The notes beneath the pieces were generated by a model, which saw nothing but the letters and a program-made list of their open reading frames with translations, was not told where the DNA came from and searched no databases. A stretch of DNA of 29,401 nt from an uncultured Methanosarcinales archaeon (GTDB lineage Archaea; Nanobdellota; Nanobdellia; Woesearchaeales; GW2011-AR9), in contig CAYFJV010000001.1 of assembly GCA_964343575.1 (NCBI GenBank), forward strand, positions 62,001 to 91,401, written 5' to 3'. The stretch's first letter is position 1. Each line of letters opens with the position of its first letter. Below, in pieces: positions 8,703 through 18,293 of this stretch. The position numbers and the translations under genes were made by a program.

Positions 8703-9848
8703 ATGGATAAAAAAACACTTGATGAGCTTGCTATATTAGACGCTGCTAAGTTTGAGCGTTTAGCTTTGAGCTCAAAAGAGGGAAGAAAAGTTGGTGCTAG
8801 TTCTAGGAATGCATTGGTGCGTCATGGTTCAACAGAGAAAGCTCTTATTGAAACTCATGCAGGAGAGAATGGAAGCTTGCAGCATACTTTCTATTTTGCT
8901 AAACTTGGCTTTAAGGTACAAGGTTCAAGAAAAGTGTTTGAACAGTCCTTTACTGGTTCTCTTGTGAAAGGGATACGTTTGGCTAGAGAAGAAGTGAGAA
9001 GGAAAGGATATGATCCTAACGTACTTGATTTTAAAGGAGTTGGGGAGAAGACAGTTTGTGGCGAACAAATAACTAATCCAAGAGAATTCTCTGAAGAAGC
9101 ACGTGCAGTTTTGACTAAACTTCAATCCTTAAGAAGAAAAGAAGGGTTGAGTGGAGTCTATTTGTCTCGAAATCACTTGAGAGGTGAAACTTTCGTAGAG
9201 ATTGCTGTGGCTGATTATGTAACAGAAAATCTTGAAGATCCTCAGAAAGCGGTTGGCCTTGTTGTTTCTCCTTTTCTTCAAGGATATACTGGAGCACTTT
9301 TGGCAGCAGCACAAGAATCTGGACTTCGCTTGCAAGAAGCTTACGCTGGCGCAGGTGGAGTTATTGCTTATGAAAGCCTTCCTGGAAAGTTAGACCTCTT
9401 ACAAGGTCGTGTTGGGGGCCTTACTCAGCTTTTAACCCAGAGAGTTCTTAACCTAGATGATAGATCTATGAAATATTTTCTTCAAGGATCTGAACATAAG
9501 GGATTAGCAGTCTCTCGAAGAGATCTTGCTTTGATAAAGCGTCAATCTAAGAATTACAAATTTAATTATTGTAGAGGTGGTGGCGTGAGGGATAGACTTA
9601 TTCGGCTAAGAGAGAGTCAAGCACGACTCCCTTCCGTTGTGACCCATGTTGTTTTTGATCCAAGTGAGCTTGCTGATGTTTATCAAGCACATCAAGTAAA
9701 AGCCATAGAAGATGAAGCATCAAGGTTCATCTCAGCTGGGCAGTTAGCTCTTGGAGATGAAAGGCATACTTCTTCTGGTGTCCGGGGGTTGGGCAGTTCT
9801 GGTTATGCTAGTCCTCTTCTTACCAAAAGAACTAATGGAGATTATTGA
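8703..9848 (+). CDS. hypothetical soluble protein (~381 aa)
   Basis: Long ORF; start re-assigned to ATG 8703 (MDKKTL, AGAGG upstream) because the upstream extension lies in the leader element. Confidence 0.75.
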   Translation: MDKKTLDELAILDAAKFERLALSSKEGRKVGASSRNALVRHGSTEKALIETHAGENGSLQHTFYFAKLGFKVQGSRKVFEQSFTGSLVKGIRLAREEVRRKGYDPNVLDFKGVGEKTVCGEQITNPREFSEEARAVLTKLQSLRRKEGLSGVYLSRNHLRGETFVEIAVADYVTENLEDPQKAVGLVVSPFLQGYTGALLAAAQESGLRLQEAYAGAGGVIAYESLPGKLDLLQGRVGGLTQLLTQRVLNLDDRSMKYFLQGSEHKGLAVSRRDLALIKRQSKNYKFNYCRGGGVRDRLIRLRESQARLPSVVTHVVFDPSELADVYQAHQVKAIEDEASRFISAGQLALGDERHTSSGVRGLGSSGYASPLLTKRTNGDY

Positions 9849-9850
9849 AA

Positions 9851-10717
9851 ATGAGAAATACTTTAGTAAACATTGTTGGTGCTGCAAGCTTTGCAGTTGG
9901 TGTTGGTGTAGCAAGCCCTGCTTTGGCTGCACAGTGTGATGTGAAGGAAACAACACTTCTTGAACGATTACAATCTGAAGGAAAGTTGAGTGATTGGAGT
10001 AAAGAAGTTATGCAAAAAGAAAAAACTCCTTGTCCAAAGTCTGGTAAAACTGCAGATGGTAGGGACCTCCATTTTCAAGAGTGTGATAACCATGATGGAA
10101 AGGTATACTTTGCAGCTGATTCTAAAAGGTTTGTTTATGGGGATGGGAAAGGGAACTATCTTACAAATGGGGATTATCTTCTTACCAAAGCGGGTTCTGA
10201 TGCTTCCTCTCTTGTTGAAGCTGTTGCTGATGGAAGTAAGATTGATTTAGGAGAAAAGGTTCATGTTTATCATACTGTTTGGGATGCACAAAGAGCACTT
10301 GATATGGATAGAATGAGTGAAGTCTACTCTCCTTTAGAATGTGCTCAAAGAGAGCAAGCAGCTCAAGAACTTGCTAATGGTGAGTATGTTCAGGTTGGTA
10401 ACACGGTTCTTGTTCCAGGTAGAAACCAATACGCTGTTACTCACTTAGATATGGGATACCCAGAAACAGGGTTGTGTATTGAGTTTGAAAAAGGTTACAT
10501 CCTTGAGTTAGACCTTAACAGAGGTGGAAAAGTAACTCAAGTTTATCTCTCCAATCATCCTGGTCAGTCTAGCCATAAGCCAATTGCTGGCAGAAAGCGA
10601 GAAGGTTGTAGTGATGCTGCTCCTCTAACTTTTAGAGAAGCCGTCTCTGATGAATATATGGGTGTTGTAAAAGCAATTATGACTCGAAGCGAGATCATTG
10701 CTCATCCCATTAAGTGA
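9851..10717 (+). CDS. secreted hypothetical protein with signal peptide
   Basis: MRNTLVNIVGAASFAVGVGVASPALA-AQ signal peptide; six Cys; GGAG SD. Confidence 0.75.
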   Translation: MRNTLVNIVGAASFAVGVGVASPALAAQCDVKETTLLERLQSEGKLSDWSKEVMQKEKTPCPKSGKTADGRDLHFQECDNHDGKVYFAADSKRFVYGDGKGNYLTNGDYLLTKAGSDASSLVEAVADGSKIDLGEKVHVYHTVWDAQRALDMDRMSEVYSPLECAQREQAAQELANGEYVQVGNTVLVPGRNQYAVTHLDMGYPETGLCIEFEKGYILELDLNRGGKVTQVYLSNHPGQSSHKPIAGRKREGCSDAAPLTFREAVSDEYMGVVKAIMTRSEIIAHPIK

Positions 10718-10735
10718 GTTGATTGGTGAGTAAGA

Positions 10736-11473
10736 ATGGAGAAAGAAATTTTGTTAGGATTAGCAGATTTAAGCAGAGATTGTTTTTTTGATTTAGGATC
10801 AATGCCTCTTGTCTTTGAAGCAAGGCTTGGGTTTGTTTATGAGACACAACCTTCTTCTTTGGAGGCTTTGGGCGTTTTTTATTCTCAGGGAGACCTCTCT
10901 CAAAAGTTACATGGCCCCCTTCGTGGAAGATCGCTTCAAGGAGATACTGTAGAAGAGAGAGACCTGGGTAGGTGGAATGTTTACGAGTTCTCTGCTTTGG
11001 ATCTCAAACTGGGAGAGAGTGCTCGGTCTGATGTTCAAGTTCAGCCTTATCTTGCAACTAAACAGATTTCTGTAAATCGTGGCCCAACCCTGTCCTCTTT
11101 AGAACTTGTAAACGGTGTTTACTCTCCCCAAGATTCAGTAGAAATATCTTCTGCTGAGGTGGTGCGTTCTTTGGTTTCTCAAGCTCCTGATTTTATTAGA
11201 TATGTTGAAACTAAAGAAGAACCCTTACTTGCTTATGTGGGGGTGACTTTGCGTCATATCTCCCCAGATTCTAATGGGGCTTATGTTTCTTTACTCACTA
11301 GCGCCCGGGCTCATGATCTTCATCGGATTTTTGGTCTTTCCTCTCAAACTCTTGAAGAGAAATCTCCCCCTCTCGTTGCTAGATCTTTTCGAGGAAGTGT
11401 GGATGATTCTAGAAGCAGATTTTCTTACCTTTCAGCTATCTCTTTTGATTCTAAGAAGCTTTTAAGAAGGTAA
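10736..11473 (+). CDS. hypothetical protein (245 aa)
   Basis: SD GGTGAG before ATG; followed by T-tracts; no motif recognised. Confidence 0.7.
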   Translation: MEKEILLGLADLSRDCFFDLGSMPLVFEARLGFVYETQPSSLEALGVFYSQGDLSQKLHGPLRGRSLQGDTVEERDLGRWNVYEFSALDLKLGESARSDVQVQPYLATKQISVNRGPTLSSLELVNGVYSPQDSVEISSAEVVRSLVSQAPDFIRYVETKEEPLLAYVGVTLRHISPDSNGAYVSLLTSARAHDLHRIFGLSSQTLEEKSPPLVARSFRGSVDDSRSRFSYLSAISFDSKKLLRR

Positions 11474-11618
11474 TATTTTTAGATTTTTTTACTTGTTTCT
11501 CTCTTTTTCTTTTTTCCTTTGACTTGTCCAACAGCAAGCTATATAAATGCTAAAATTTTCTTTCACTCTTGTGTTTTGGAGTTGCTTAGGTCTTGTGGAT
11601 CTCTTTTAGGCTTCTTCT

Positions 11619-14018
11619 ATGGTGAGAGATGTGGTAAAGAAAAAAAAAGCGAAGGCTGGAGCAAGGAGTTCTTCTTCAAATTATCACCCAAGCCAACATA
11701 CCCAAAGTTCGCTTGATGCAACCTTACAATTGTTGATTCCGCCGCTTTTGATTGCACTTCTTGCGCTTACTATTTACGAGCTTTTTTTCCCAGTAAATTT
11801 CATTTTCCATGTTTTTATTGATGCATTTGATATCTTTGTCATCTTAGTTTTTGCAACTGATCTTTACTTTCGTTGGAAGGCACATACTGGCTCTGTTTTT
11901 GCTTATATCACTAAGTATTGGTTGGACATACTTGCAACCATCCCATTCAATCTTTTCTTTGCAGGGATACAAACACTTCCTTTGCTTAGAGGACTTCGAC
12001 TTGTTCGCATCATTGGTCGAGCAGGAAGGTATGTTCGTCTTGTTCGGTTCTTTGCAAGAGCCCCAAGGTTTATTCGTTTGACTGGTAAGGTTCCTCCTGC
12101 TCAAACTGGTATTCGTAAGGTGCAACCTCACGAGAAGAAATTGAAGAAAACGCTGAGCTTCAAAACTATCTTACTTATTACTATAAACTCTATTATGGGA
12201 ACTGGTATTTGGTTCTTAACTGCTGCAGGAGCAAAGCATGCTGGTCCAGCATCACTTGTTTCCTGGGCAATTCTTTCTCTTATTTCGCTTTATATCTCTA
12301 TGTGTTTTGCAGAGTTAGTAAGTATGTACCCAAAAGCTGGCGGAGTATATGAGTTTGCAAAACAGGCTTATGGTCGTTTTCCTTCTTTTGTGATTGGATG
12401 GACTACTGCCATTGCAGGAGCAGTAACCATTGCTATGCTTTTGCTTGGGGCGCTTCAGTATTTAATCCCCATTGAGTATGCTTTTACTTACATTCCAATT
12501 GCGGTTGCGCTTATCGTTATCTTTAGTTATGTTGCTTATCGTGGAATGCAAACCTCTACTGTAATGCTGGTTACTTTTGCACTTATCACTTTATTTGCAG
12601 TGCTTGCGATCATTCTTCCTGGTTTGATTAAGTTTAACCCTCAGAATTTGGATCCTTTCTTTGTTTTCCCAACGATGAGTATCTTGCTTACCATCTTTTT
12701 TATCGCAGAGACTTTCTTTGGTTGGGAGAGTGCAGTATTCTTATCTGCTGAAACAAAAAACCCAACTAAGGTTATGCCAAAGGCGCTTATTTACGGAACA
12801 CTTGTTATTGCCTTGCTTTCCTTTTTGCTTGCTTTCACCGCAATTGGAACCATTCCTTGGGAGCAGTATGCAGAATCTGTAGCTCCACTTCGTGATCTTG
12901 GAGAAGCTCACTTTGGGGCCTTGGGAGGTGTCTTTTTTGCAATCCTTATTTTTGTCTCTGTGATAGGAGCTACTGCAGGTTGGGTGGTAACTGCTCCTCG
13001 CTTGTTTATGGCATTGGCTGAGGATAAACTGTTCTTTACACAGTTTGCAAAGATTCATCCTAAAAATAAGAGTCCTTATGTTTCAATATTGTTTCAGGTT
13101 CTTGTGGTTTCTGTTCTCGTGGTGATCGGGGCTGGATCTTATGAAGTCCTACTTCATATGTTGATTCCACTTGTAATCTTGATTTATTCTTCAGTCTTGC
13201 TTGCGGTAATTATTTTACGTTATAAGCGACCGAATGTGAAGAGGGCTTTTAAAGTGCCTTTTGGAAAAATTGGTCCTTTCTTTACCGTATTGTTCATGGT
13301 CTTTTTGCTAGTGATGTTTATTAAAGAGACGCATAGCGCGCTTGATATCTTACGTGTCTCCATCGGGCTTGTACTCTTTGGACTTCCTGCTTACTTTTTT
13401 ATTGAGCTCTTTTACGAGCAAAAGTATGCAAAGTTACGTCAGGAAATTTGGGCTCGTCTGCTTCATTATTTTCCTTTCTTGCACCCAATAGTTCCTTACA
13501 GACGTATTATTGGTATGGTGGGACCCCTTCGTGCTAAGACGAAAATCATGTCAGTGAGCTTTCCTTCAGATATCTTTAGCCATTATCTGCTTCGTCGTGC
13601 TTATGCCTTTGGAAGTATCTTAAGCTTACATCAATCTCAGTATGAACTTCAAGGAATTAAGAAGAAAATTTCATCCCACTCATCAAGAAAGAAGGTTACT
13701 TTGAAGAGAGTAAAATCTTTGTCTGTACTCCCGGGAGCAAACACTAAGAACAACTTCAATGTAATTGTTTCTTATAATGATCTTGGATATACTAAGAACC
13801 TTCCTAAGTTCTTCAAGAGCGTATCTTCTAATTTGACTCGTGGTGGAAAGTTTTGTTTGTATGTGCGCCATAGCTTTTTTGATATGAAACCTAACGCAAT
13901 TGAGCTTGATAAGACCAAAGAGCTCTTGAAGATGGCTAAAGAAAGTGGTTTGCAAGCAAAATATTTGAAGCTGAATCGGGTAGGGTATACTGAGATCTTT
14001 ATTTATGGGAAGAAGTAG
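11619..14018 (+). CDS. APC-family amino-acid permease fused to an N-terminal voltage-sensor-like (S1-S4) domain and a C-terminal degenerate class I methyltransferase-like domain
   Basis: VSD: VFATDLYFR (S2), YWLDILATIP (S3), LRGLRLVRIIGRAGRYVRLVRFFARAPRFIR (S4). APC: LKKTL, NSIMGTGIW, GPASLVSW, YPKAGGVYEF, FFGWES, ETKNPTKVMPKA, RPNVKRAFKVP. MTase-like: FNVIVSYNDL..NLPKFFKSVSSNLTRGGKFCL. Confidence 0.88.
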   Translation: MVRDVVKKKKAKAGARSSSSNYHPSQHTQSSLDATLQLLIPPLLIALLALTIYELFFPVNFIFHVFIDAFDIFVILVFATDLYFRWKAHTGSVFAYITKYWLDILATIPFNLFFAGIQTLPLLRGLRLVRIIGRAGRYVRLVRFFARAPRFIRLTGKVPPAQTGIRKVQPHEKKLKKTLSFKTILLITINSIMGTGIWFLTAAGAKHAGPASLVSWAILSLISLYISMCFAELVSMYPKAGGVYEFAKQAYGRFPSFVIGWTTAIAGAVTIAMLLLGALQYLIPIEYAFTYIPIAVALIVIFSYVAYRGMQTSTVMLVTFALITLFAVLAIILPGLIKFNPQNLDPFFVFPTMSILLTIFFIAETFFGWESAVFLSAETKNPTKVMPKALIYGTLVIALLSFLLAFTAIGTIPWEQYAESVAPLRDLGEAHFGALGGVFFAILIFVSVIGATAGWVVTAPRLFMALAEDKLFFTQFAKIHPKNKSPYVSILFQVLVVSVLVVIGAGSYEVLLHMLIPLVILIYSSVLLAVIILRYKRPNVKRAFKVPFGKIGPFFTVLFMVFLLVMFIKETHSALDILRVSIGLVLFGLPAYFFIELFYEQKYAKLRQEIWARLLHYFPFLHPIVPYRRIIGMVGPLRAKTKIMSVSFPSDIFSHYLLRRAYAFGSILSLHQSQYELQGIKKKISSHSSRKKVTLKRVKSLSVLPGANTKNNFNVIVSYNDLGYTKNLPKFFKSVSSNLTRGGKFCLYVRHSFFDMKPNAIELDKTKELLKMAKESGLQAKYLKLNRVGYTEIFIYGKK

Positions 14019-14041
14019 TTTTTTAGTTTAGTTTTTTATCT

Positions 14042-14749
14042 TTACTTTCCAAAGTTTCTTTGTCTATTTTGGAATTGTTCAAGAACAGTGATGAGGTCTT
14101 CTTTGGTAAACTCTGGCCAGAATTTTTCTAGGAAGAACCATTCAGAATACCAAGTCTGCCAGATAAGAAAATTGGATGTTCTTGTGTTTCCTTTTCCTGT
14201 TCGGATTACAAGATCTGGTTCACTTTGCAAAAGAAGTTCTTGGCTAAATTCTTCCATGGTAAAAGGCTTTTCTCTTTTGTTAGTGATTGCTTTATTTACA
14301 GCATCTAAGATTTCTTCCCTTCCGCCGTAAGCAAGTGCAAAGTTAGCAATAAGTTCTTTGTTTTCCTTGGTTTTCTCTTCAAGATCCTTCATGAGTGTTT
14401 GAATCTTCTCGTTGAACATATGTTTTCTCCCAATGAATTTGATGCGAATCTTTTTCTCTTCGAGCACCTTGAGCCTCTCTCCTAAGAAATCATCAAGCAT
14501 CTTTCTGAACAGTGAGAGTAAGAAATTGACTTCAGTTTTTACTCGTTTAAAATTTTGAATAGACATAGCATAAAAGGTAAACTCTTTTACACCAAGCTCT
14601 TTAATGTTCCAGTTGAAGAGTGCGTTTTCTATCACTTCTAGGCCTTTCTCGTGCCCTTTTCCTGGAGCTAAACCTTGTTCTTTAGCAAATCTGCGGTTAC
14701 CATCCATGATGAAAGCTACATGTTTTGCCTGATGTTTTAGAGTTGTCAT
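14042..14749 (-). CDS. uppS: cis-prenyltransferase (undecaprenyl/polyprenyl diphosphate synthase)
   Basis: HVAFIMDGNRRFA, YAMSIQNFKR, LAYGGREEI, EPDLVIRT..RTSNFLIWQ, WPEF, RQRNFGK. Confidence 0.96.
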   Translation of the reverse strand: MTTLKHQAKHVAFIMDGNRRFAKEQGLAPGKGHEKGLEVIENALFNWNIKELGVKEFTFYAMSIQNFKRVKTEVNFLLSLFRKMLDDFLGERLKVLEEKKIRIKFIGRKHMFNEKIQTLMKDLEEKTKENKELIANFALAYGGREEILDAVNKAITNKREKPFTMEEFSQELLLQSEPDLVIRTGKGNTRTSNFLIWQTWYSEWFFLEKFWPEFTKEDLITVLEQFQNRQRNFGK

Positions 14750-14843
14750 GACTTAGTGTAGAAAGTAGCTGTTGCTTTTTAAATGTTGATATGGATAATT
14801 AATGCTGGCAACTTTTTTAAACCACTTATTAGAATTTTTTTCT

Positions 14844-15443
14844 ATGAGAACAAAAAAACTTCCAATTGTTATTATGCCTTATAACTATAGAGCAGTTGAT
14901 CCTTCTTTGACAGAAGATGGAGAACTATTTTGGATGCAAGTTCAAGATGAGCTTGGAGTAGCTTCGCTGCCTTTGCTTGAGTTGCAATGTGGCCCACTAG
15001 TTTATGTGAAGTATGTGCCACCAGAGAAGGTTTATTCAAGAGATCTAGAAAGGGACCCCACTCTTGCAAAGCTTGAGCTTGCTTATCTCTTTTGTGAGAG
15101 AAGGACAAGGCTTGATAAACAAGTAGTAAACCCCAGGAACCGTAACCATGTTGGTTTTGTTAGAGAGTTTTTCCCCCCAGATTGCCCTCCTCTACCAAGT
15201 GAAGAAGCCAGGGACATTTTGTATAATCTTCTAGTTGGTCAAGGAGATCTTCCAAGGGCAGCTTATCAAGCTGCGACCAAAAGTTCTAGGGGAAGAGCTA
15301 CGGATTTATCTCCTCGTAGGGCGAAGCTTCTTTGTGTCTCAACGGCAGATTTTGAAGACATTGATACCTTGGAAAGGTTCGTGATTTCTTCAGCAAAGAA
15401 AGCTAGTTTTGAACCATCTGTTTACAGGTTTGAGGTCTTGTAA
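14844..15443 (+). CDS. hypothetical protein (~199 aa)
   Basis: Long ORF; start placed at ATG 14844 because TTTTTAAA lies ~30 nt upstream (14802 and 14874 are alternatives). Confidence 0.6.
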   Translation: MRTKKLPIVIMPYNYRAVDPSLTEDGELFWMQVQDELGVASLPLLELQCGPLVYVKYVPPEKVYSRDLERDPTLAKLELAYLFCERRTRLDKQVVNPRNRNHVGFVREFFPPDCPPLPSEEARDILYNLLVGQGDLPRAAYQAATKSSRGRATDLSPRRAKLLCVSTADFEDIDTLERFVISSAKKASFEPSVYRFEVL

Positions 15444-15489
15444 TTTTCTTCCTTTAAACAGCTTCTAAGGCATTTCCTTTTCCTTTTTT

Positions 15490-18063
15490 TTAGAATTTTT
15501 CTAAGCTCATCTGTTCGTGCATCTTTTTAGCTTTGATCTTTTTGACCATCTCATCTTCTGCTTCTAATGCACGCTGGATCTCTCTTGCACGCTGAACCAC
15601 ACTTGCTGGCATGCCTGCTAATTTTGCTACATGCACTCCATGGCTTTGATCAGTACCACCATGTACAAGTTTTCGTAAGAAAATAACTTCTCCAGCAATT
15701 TCTTTAACAGCAATGTTGTAGTTGCTGATCTTTTCAAAGCGATCTTCCAGTTTATTGAGCACATGATAATGCGTAGCGAATAAGGTTTTTGCTTTGATAT
15801 GATTGTAAATGTGCTCAGCTGTGCTCCAGGCAATAGATACTCCATCGAAAGTGGAAGTTCCTCTGCCAATTTCATCTAAGATGATAAGACTTTTTTCTGT
15901 TGCGTTGTTGAGAATGTTAGCAGTCTCAAGCATCTCTACCATAAAAGTACTTTGCCCTGCTGCCAAGTCATCATGCGCTCCAACACGAGTGAAGATGCGA
16001 TCTACAATGCTAAGTGTTGCAGAACTTGCTGGAACAAAGGATCCAATTTGTGCCATAAGTACAATGAGCGCAGTTTGTCTCATCACTGTACTTTTTCCTG
16101 AAGTGTTTGGTCCAGTGATAATCATAATTTCCCCTTGCTCAAGTTTGATGCTGTTTGGAATAAAATTTTCCTCAATGCGCTCGACCACCGGATGTCTTCC
16201 ATCAATAATTTGAAGTGAATGTGGGTCCTTGTTGTCAAGTAGGGTTGGCTTACAGTAGTTGTATTCAGTTGCGCAAGAGCTAAAAGAGCAAAGTACATCA
16301 AGCAATGCGATCTTGTTGGCAGTCTCTTGAATAATTTTGGTGTGCTGCTTTGCGGCATCAAGAATTTGTTGGAAAATGTTGTACTCAAGCACTTTGATTT
16401 TTTCTTCTGCGCCAAGAATCTTGTCTTCTTCGATCTTTAATTCTTCTGTGATATAGCGTTCAGCGTTAGCTGTGGTCTGTTTTCGAATGTAAGTTTCTGG
16501 AACAAGACTTGTGTTCTTTTTGGTTACTTCAATGAAATAGCCAAAGACTCGATTAAATCCAACTTTAAGACCTGTTGTGATACCAAGTTTTTCTTTTTCT
16601 CTTTCCTCAATTTGTGCTAGAAATTGTTTTGCATTTGTTTTGATGGAGACGAGCTCTTGCAGTTCCTTGTTGAACTCTGCTTTGATGAAGCCACCTTCTC
16701 TTATGGTAATTGGAGCATCTTCACGAATGGCGTTGTTAATAAGGTTGTACACTTCTGCAAGGTTTGGAAGTTCTTTAATCTCTTTGATGAGCTGGCTGTT
16801 GCATTTGAGAAGCTCTTGCTGTATGTAGGGGAGTTGTAGTAAGGTGTCCCGAAGAGCTAGAAGATCTCTTGGACTTGCATTCCCATAATTAATTCTTCCA
16901 ATGAGGCGTTCAAGATCATACACATTTTTGAGAAGTGTTTTGACATCTTCACGCTGCAAGACTTTCTGATTGAGCTCTTCTACTGCATCAAGTCGTTGTT
17001 TAATTTTTTCCTTTTTTAGTAAGGGTTCTTTGATGATTCTTTTGAGCATACGTTTCCCAAGAACAGTAATTGTTTTGTCGATGACACTCAGAAGAGTTCC
17101 TTTTGCACCAAGCTTTCCTTGCTCAGAGATGTTACGCATATTGGTGAGTAATTCAAGGTTGAGTAGTGTACTGCGATCAAGTTGCATAATGTCGCTGTGT
17201 TTTACTTGCTTTATTCTTTTGAAATGTGAGAGGCTCTTTTTTTGTGTTTCAAGAAGGTAATTGAAGAGTGCTCCTGCAACACGAATCTCGTTTGTATTAT
17301 TGCCTTCTTTTTCTCTACTCCCTTTTTTCTTTTCTTTTTGTTCCTCTAGTCCAAATGCCTTAAGACTTTTCACGTTAAACTGTTCGTGAAGAATTTTGCT
17401 TGCTGTGTCTGGCTTAAAATAATAATCCGGATAACTGTTTACTGTTGCTCCGATCTTTTTTATTTGGTTGATAAGCTCTTGGTTTACGAGAAGTGATTCT
17501 GGGACCAAACACTCAGCAATTGCTCTTCGTTGCATTTCTGCTAAGATAAGGTCTTCGTTGTTAAGAGAGCCAGTGAGAAACTCTCCAGTGGAAAGGTCTG
17601 CTAGCGCATAGTTGTACTCTTCCCCTTGAACTAGTAGAGCAAAGATGTAATTGTTTGTTGTTGCGTCTAGAAGATTTGATTCGATAAGTGTTCCTTTGGT
17701 AACAATTCTTACCAATCCTCGTTTGACTAATCCCTTTGCTTTTTTAGGATCTTCAAGTTGCTCGATAATTGCTACTTTGTGTCCTTTTTGTACCAGTCTT
17801 CCAAGATAGGTTTCTAAGGCATGATAAGGAACGCCAGCAAGTGGGGCTGTTTTTTCTCCTTTACCACGTTTGGTAAGCGTGATTTCAAGATCTCTTGCTG
17901 CGATCTCAGCGTCTTGGTAAAACATTTCATAGAAGTCGCCCATCCTGAGCATGATGAGGCAGTCTGGATTGGCTTCCTTTGCTTCACGATACTGCTTCAT
18001 TCCAGGTGTGAGGAGGTGGAGTGGAACGTCTAGAATACTAGTGCCAAGGGCGCTGTTTACCAT
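15490..18063 (-). CDS. mutS: DNA mismatch repair protein MutS (MutS1 type)
   Basis: TPGMKQY, RMGDFYEMF (F-x-E mismatch motif), YDLERL, GRHPVVE, ITGPNTSGKST, IFTRVGAHDDL, STFMVEM, DEIGRGTST, FATHYH. Exact start uncertain. Confidence 0.97.
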   Translation of the reverse strand: MVNSALGTSILDVPLHLLTPGMKQYREAKEANPDCLIMLRMGDFYEMFYQDAEIAARDLEITLTKRGKGEKTAPLAGVPYHALETYLGRLVQKGHKVAIIEQLEDPKKAKGLVKRGLVRIVTKGTLIESNLLDATTNNYIFALLVQGEEYNYALADLSTGEFLTGSLNNEDLILAEMQRRAIAECLVPESLLVNQELINQIKKIGATVNSYPDYYFKPDTASKILHEQFNVKSLKAFGLEEQKEKKKGSREKEGNNTNEIRVAGALFNYLLETQKKSLSHFKRIKQVKHSDIMQLDRSTLLNLELLTNMRNISEQGKLGAKGTLLSVIDKTITVLGKRMLKRIIKEPLLKKEKIKQRLDAVEELNQKVLQREDVKTLLKNVYDLERLIGRINYGNASPRDLLALRDTLLQLPYIQQELLKCNSQLIKEIKELPNLAEVYNLINNAIREDAPITIREGGFIKAEFNKELQELVSIKTNAKQFLAQIEEREKEKLGITTGLKVGFNRVFGYFIEVTKKNTSLVPETYIRKQTTANAERYITEELKIEEDKILGAEEKIKVLEYNIFQQILDAAKQHTKIIQETANKIALLDVLCSFSSCATEYNYCKPTLLDNKDPHSLQIIDGRHPVVERIEENFIPNSIKLEQGEIMIITGPNTSGKSTVMRQTALIVLMAQIGSFVPASSATLSIVDRIFTRVGAHDDLAAGQSTFMVEMLETANILNNATEKSLIILDEIGRGTSTFDGVSIAWSTAEHIYNHIKAKTLFATHYHVLNKLEDRFEKISNYNIAVKEIAGEVIFLRKLVHGGTDQSHGVHVAKLAGMPASVVQRAREIQRALEAEDEMVKKIKAKKMHEQMSLEKF

Positions 18064-18293
18064 GGCATTTTTGTTTAAAAAGACCTTCTTAACCTTTTCG
18101 CCAGTTGAGCAGAGGGATTTGGGTAGAGGTATTGAGTATGTATTTTGCTTGGTTTTGCGGTTTTTGGCTCTGTTTGGCGTTGCTGTGGTGTTTTTAGGCA
18201 CTCTTTGGCAGCTTAGTGATTCTGGAGGATCATTTTAGGAAAATTATAGAAAAAAGAAGTATATTTTTAAAAAAAGCATAAATTTCTTGGCAA

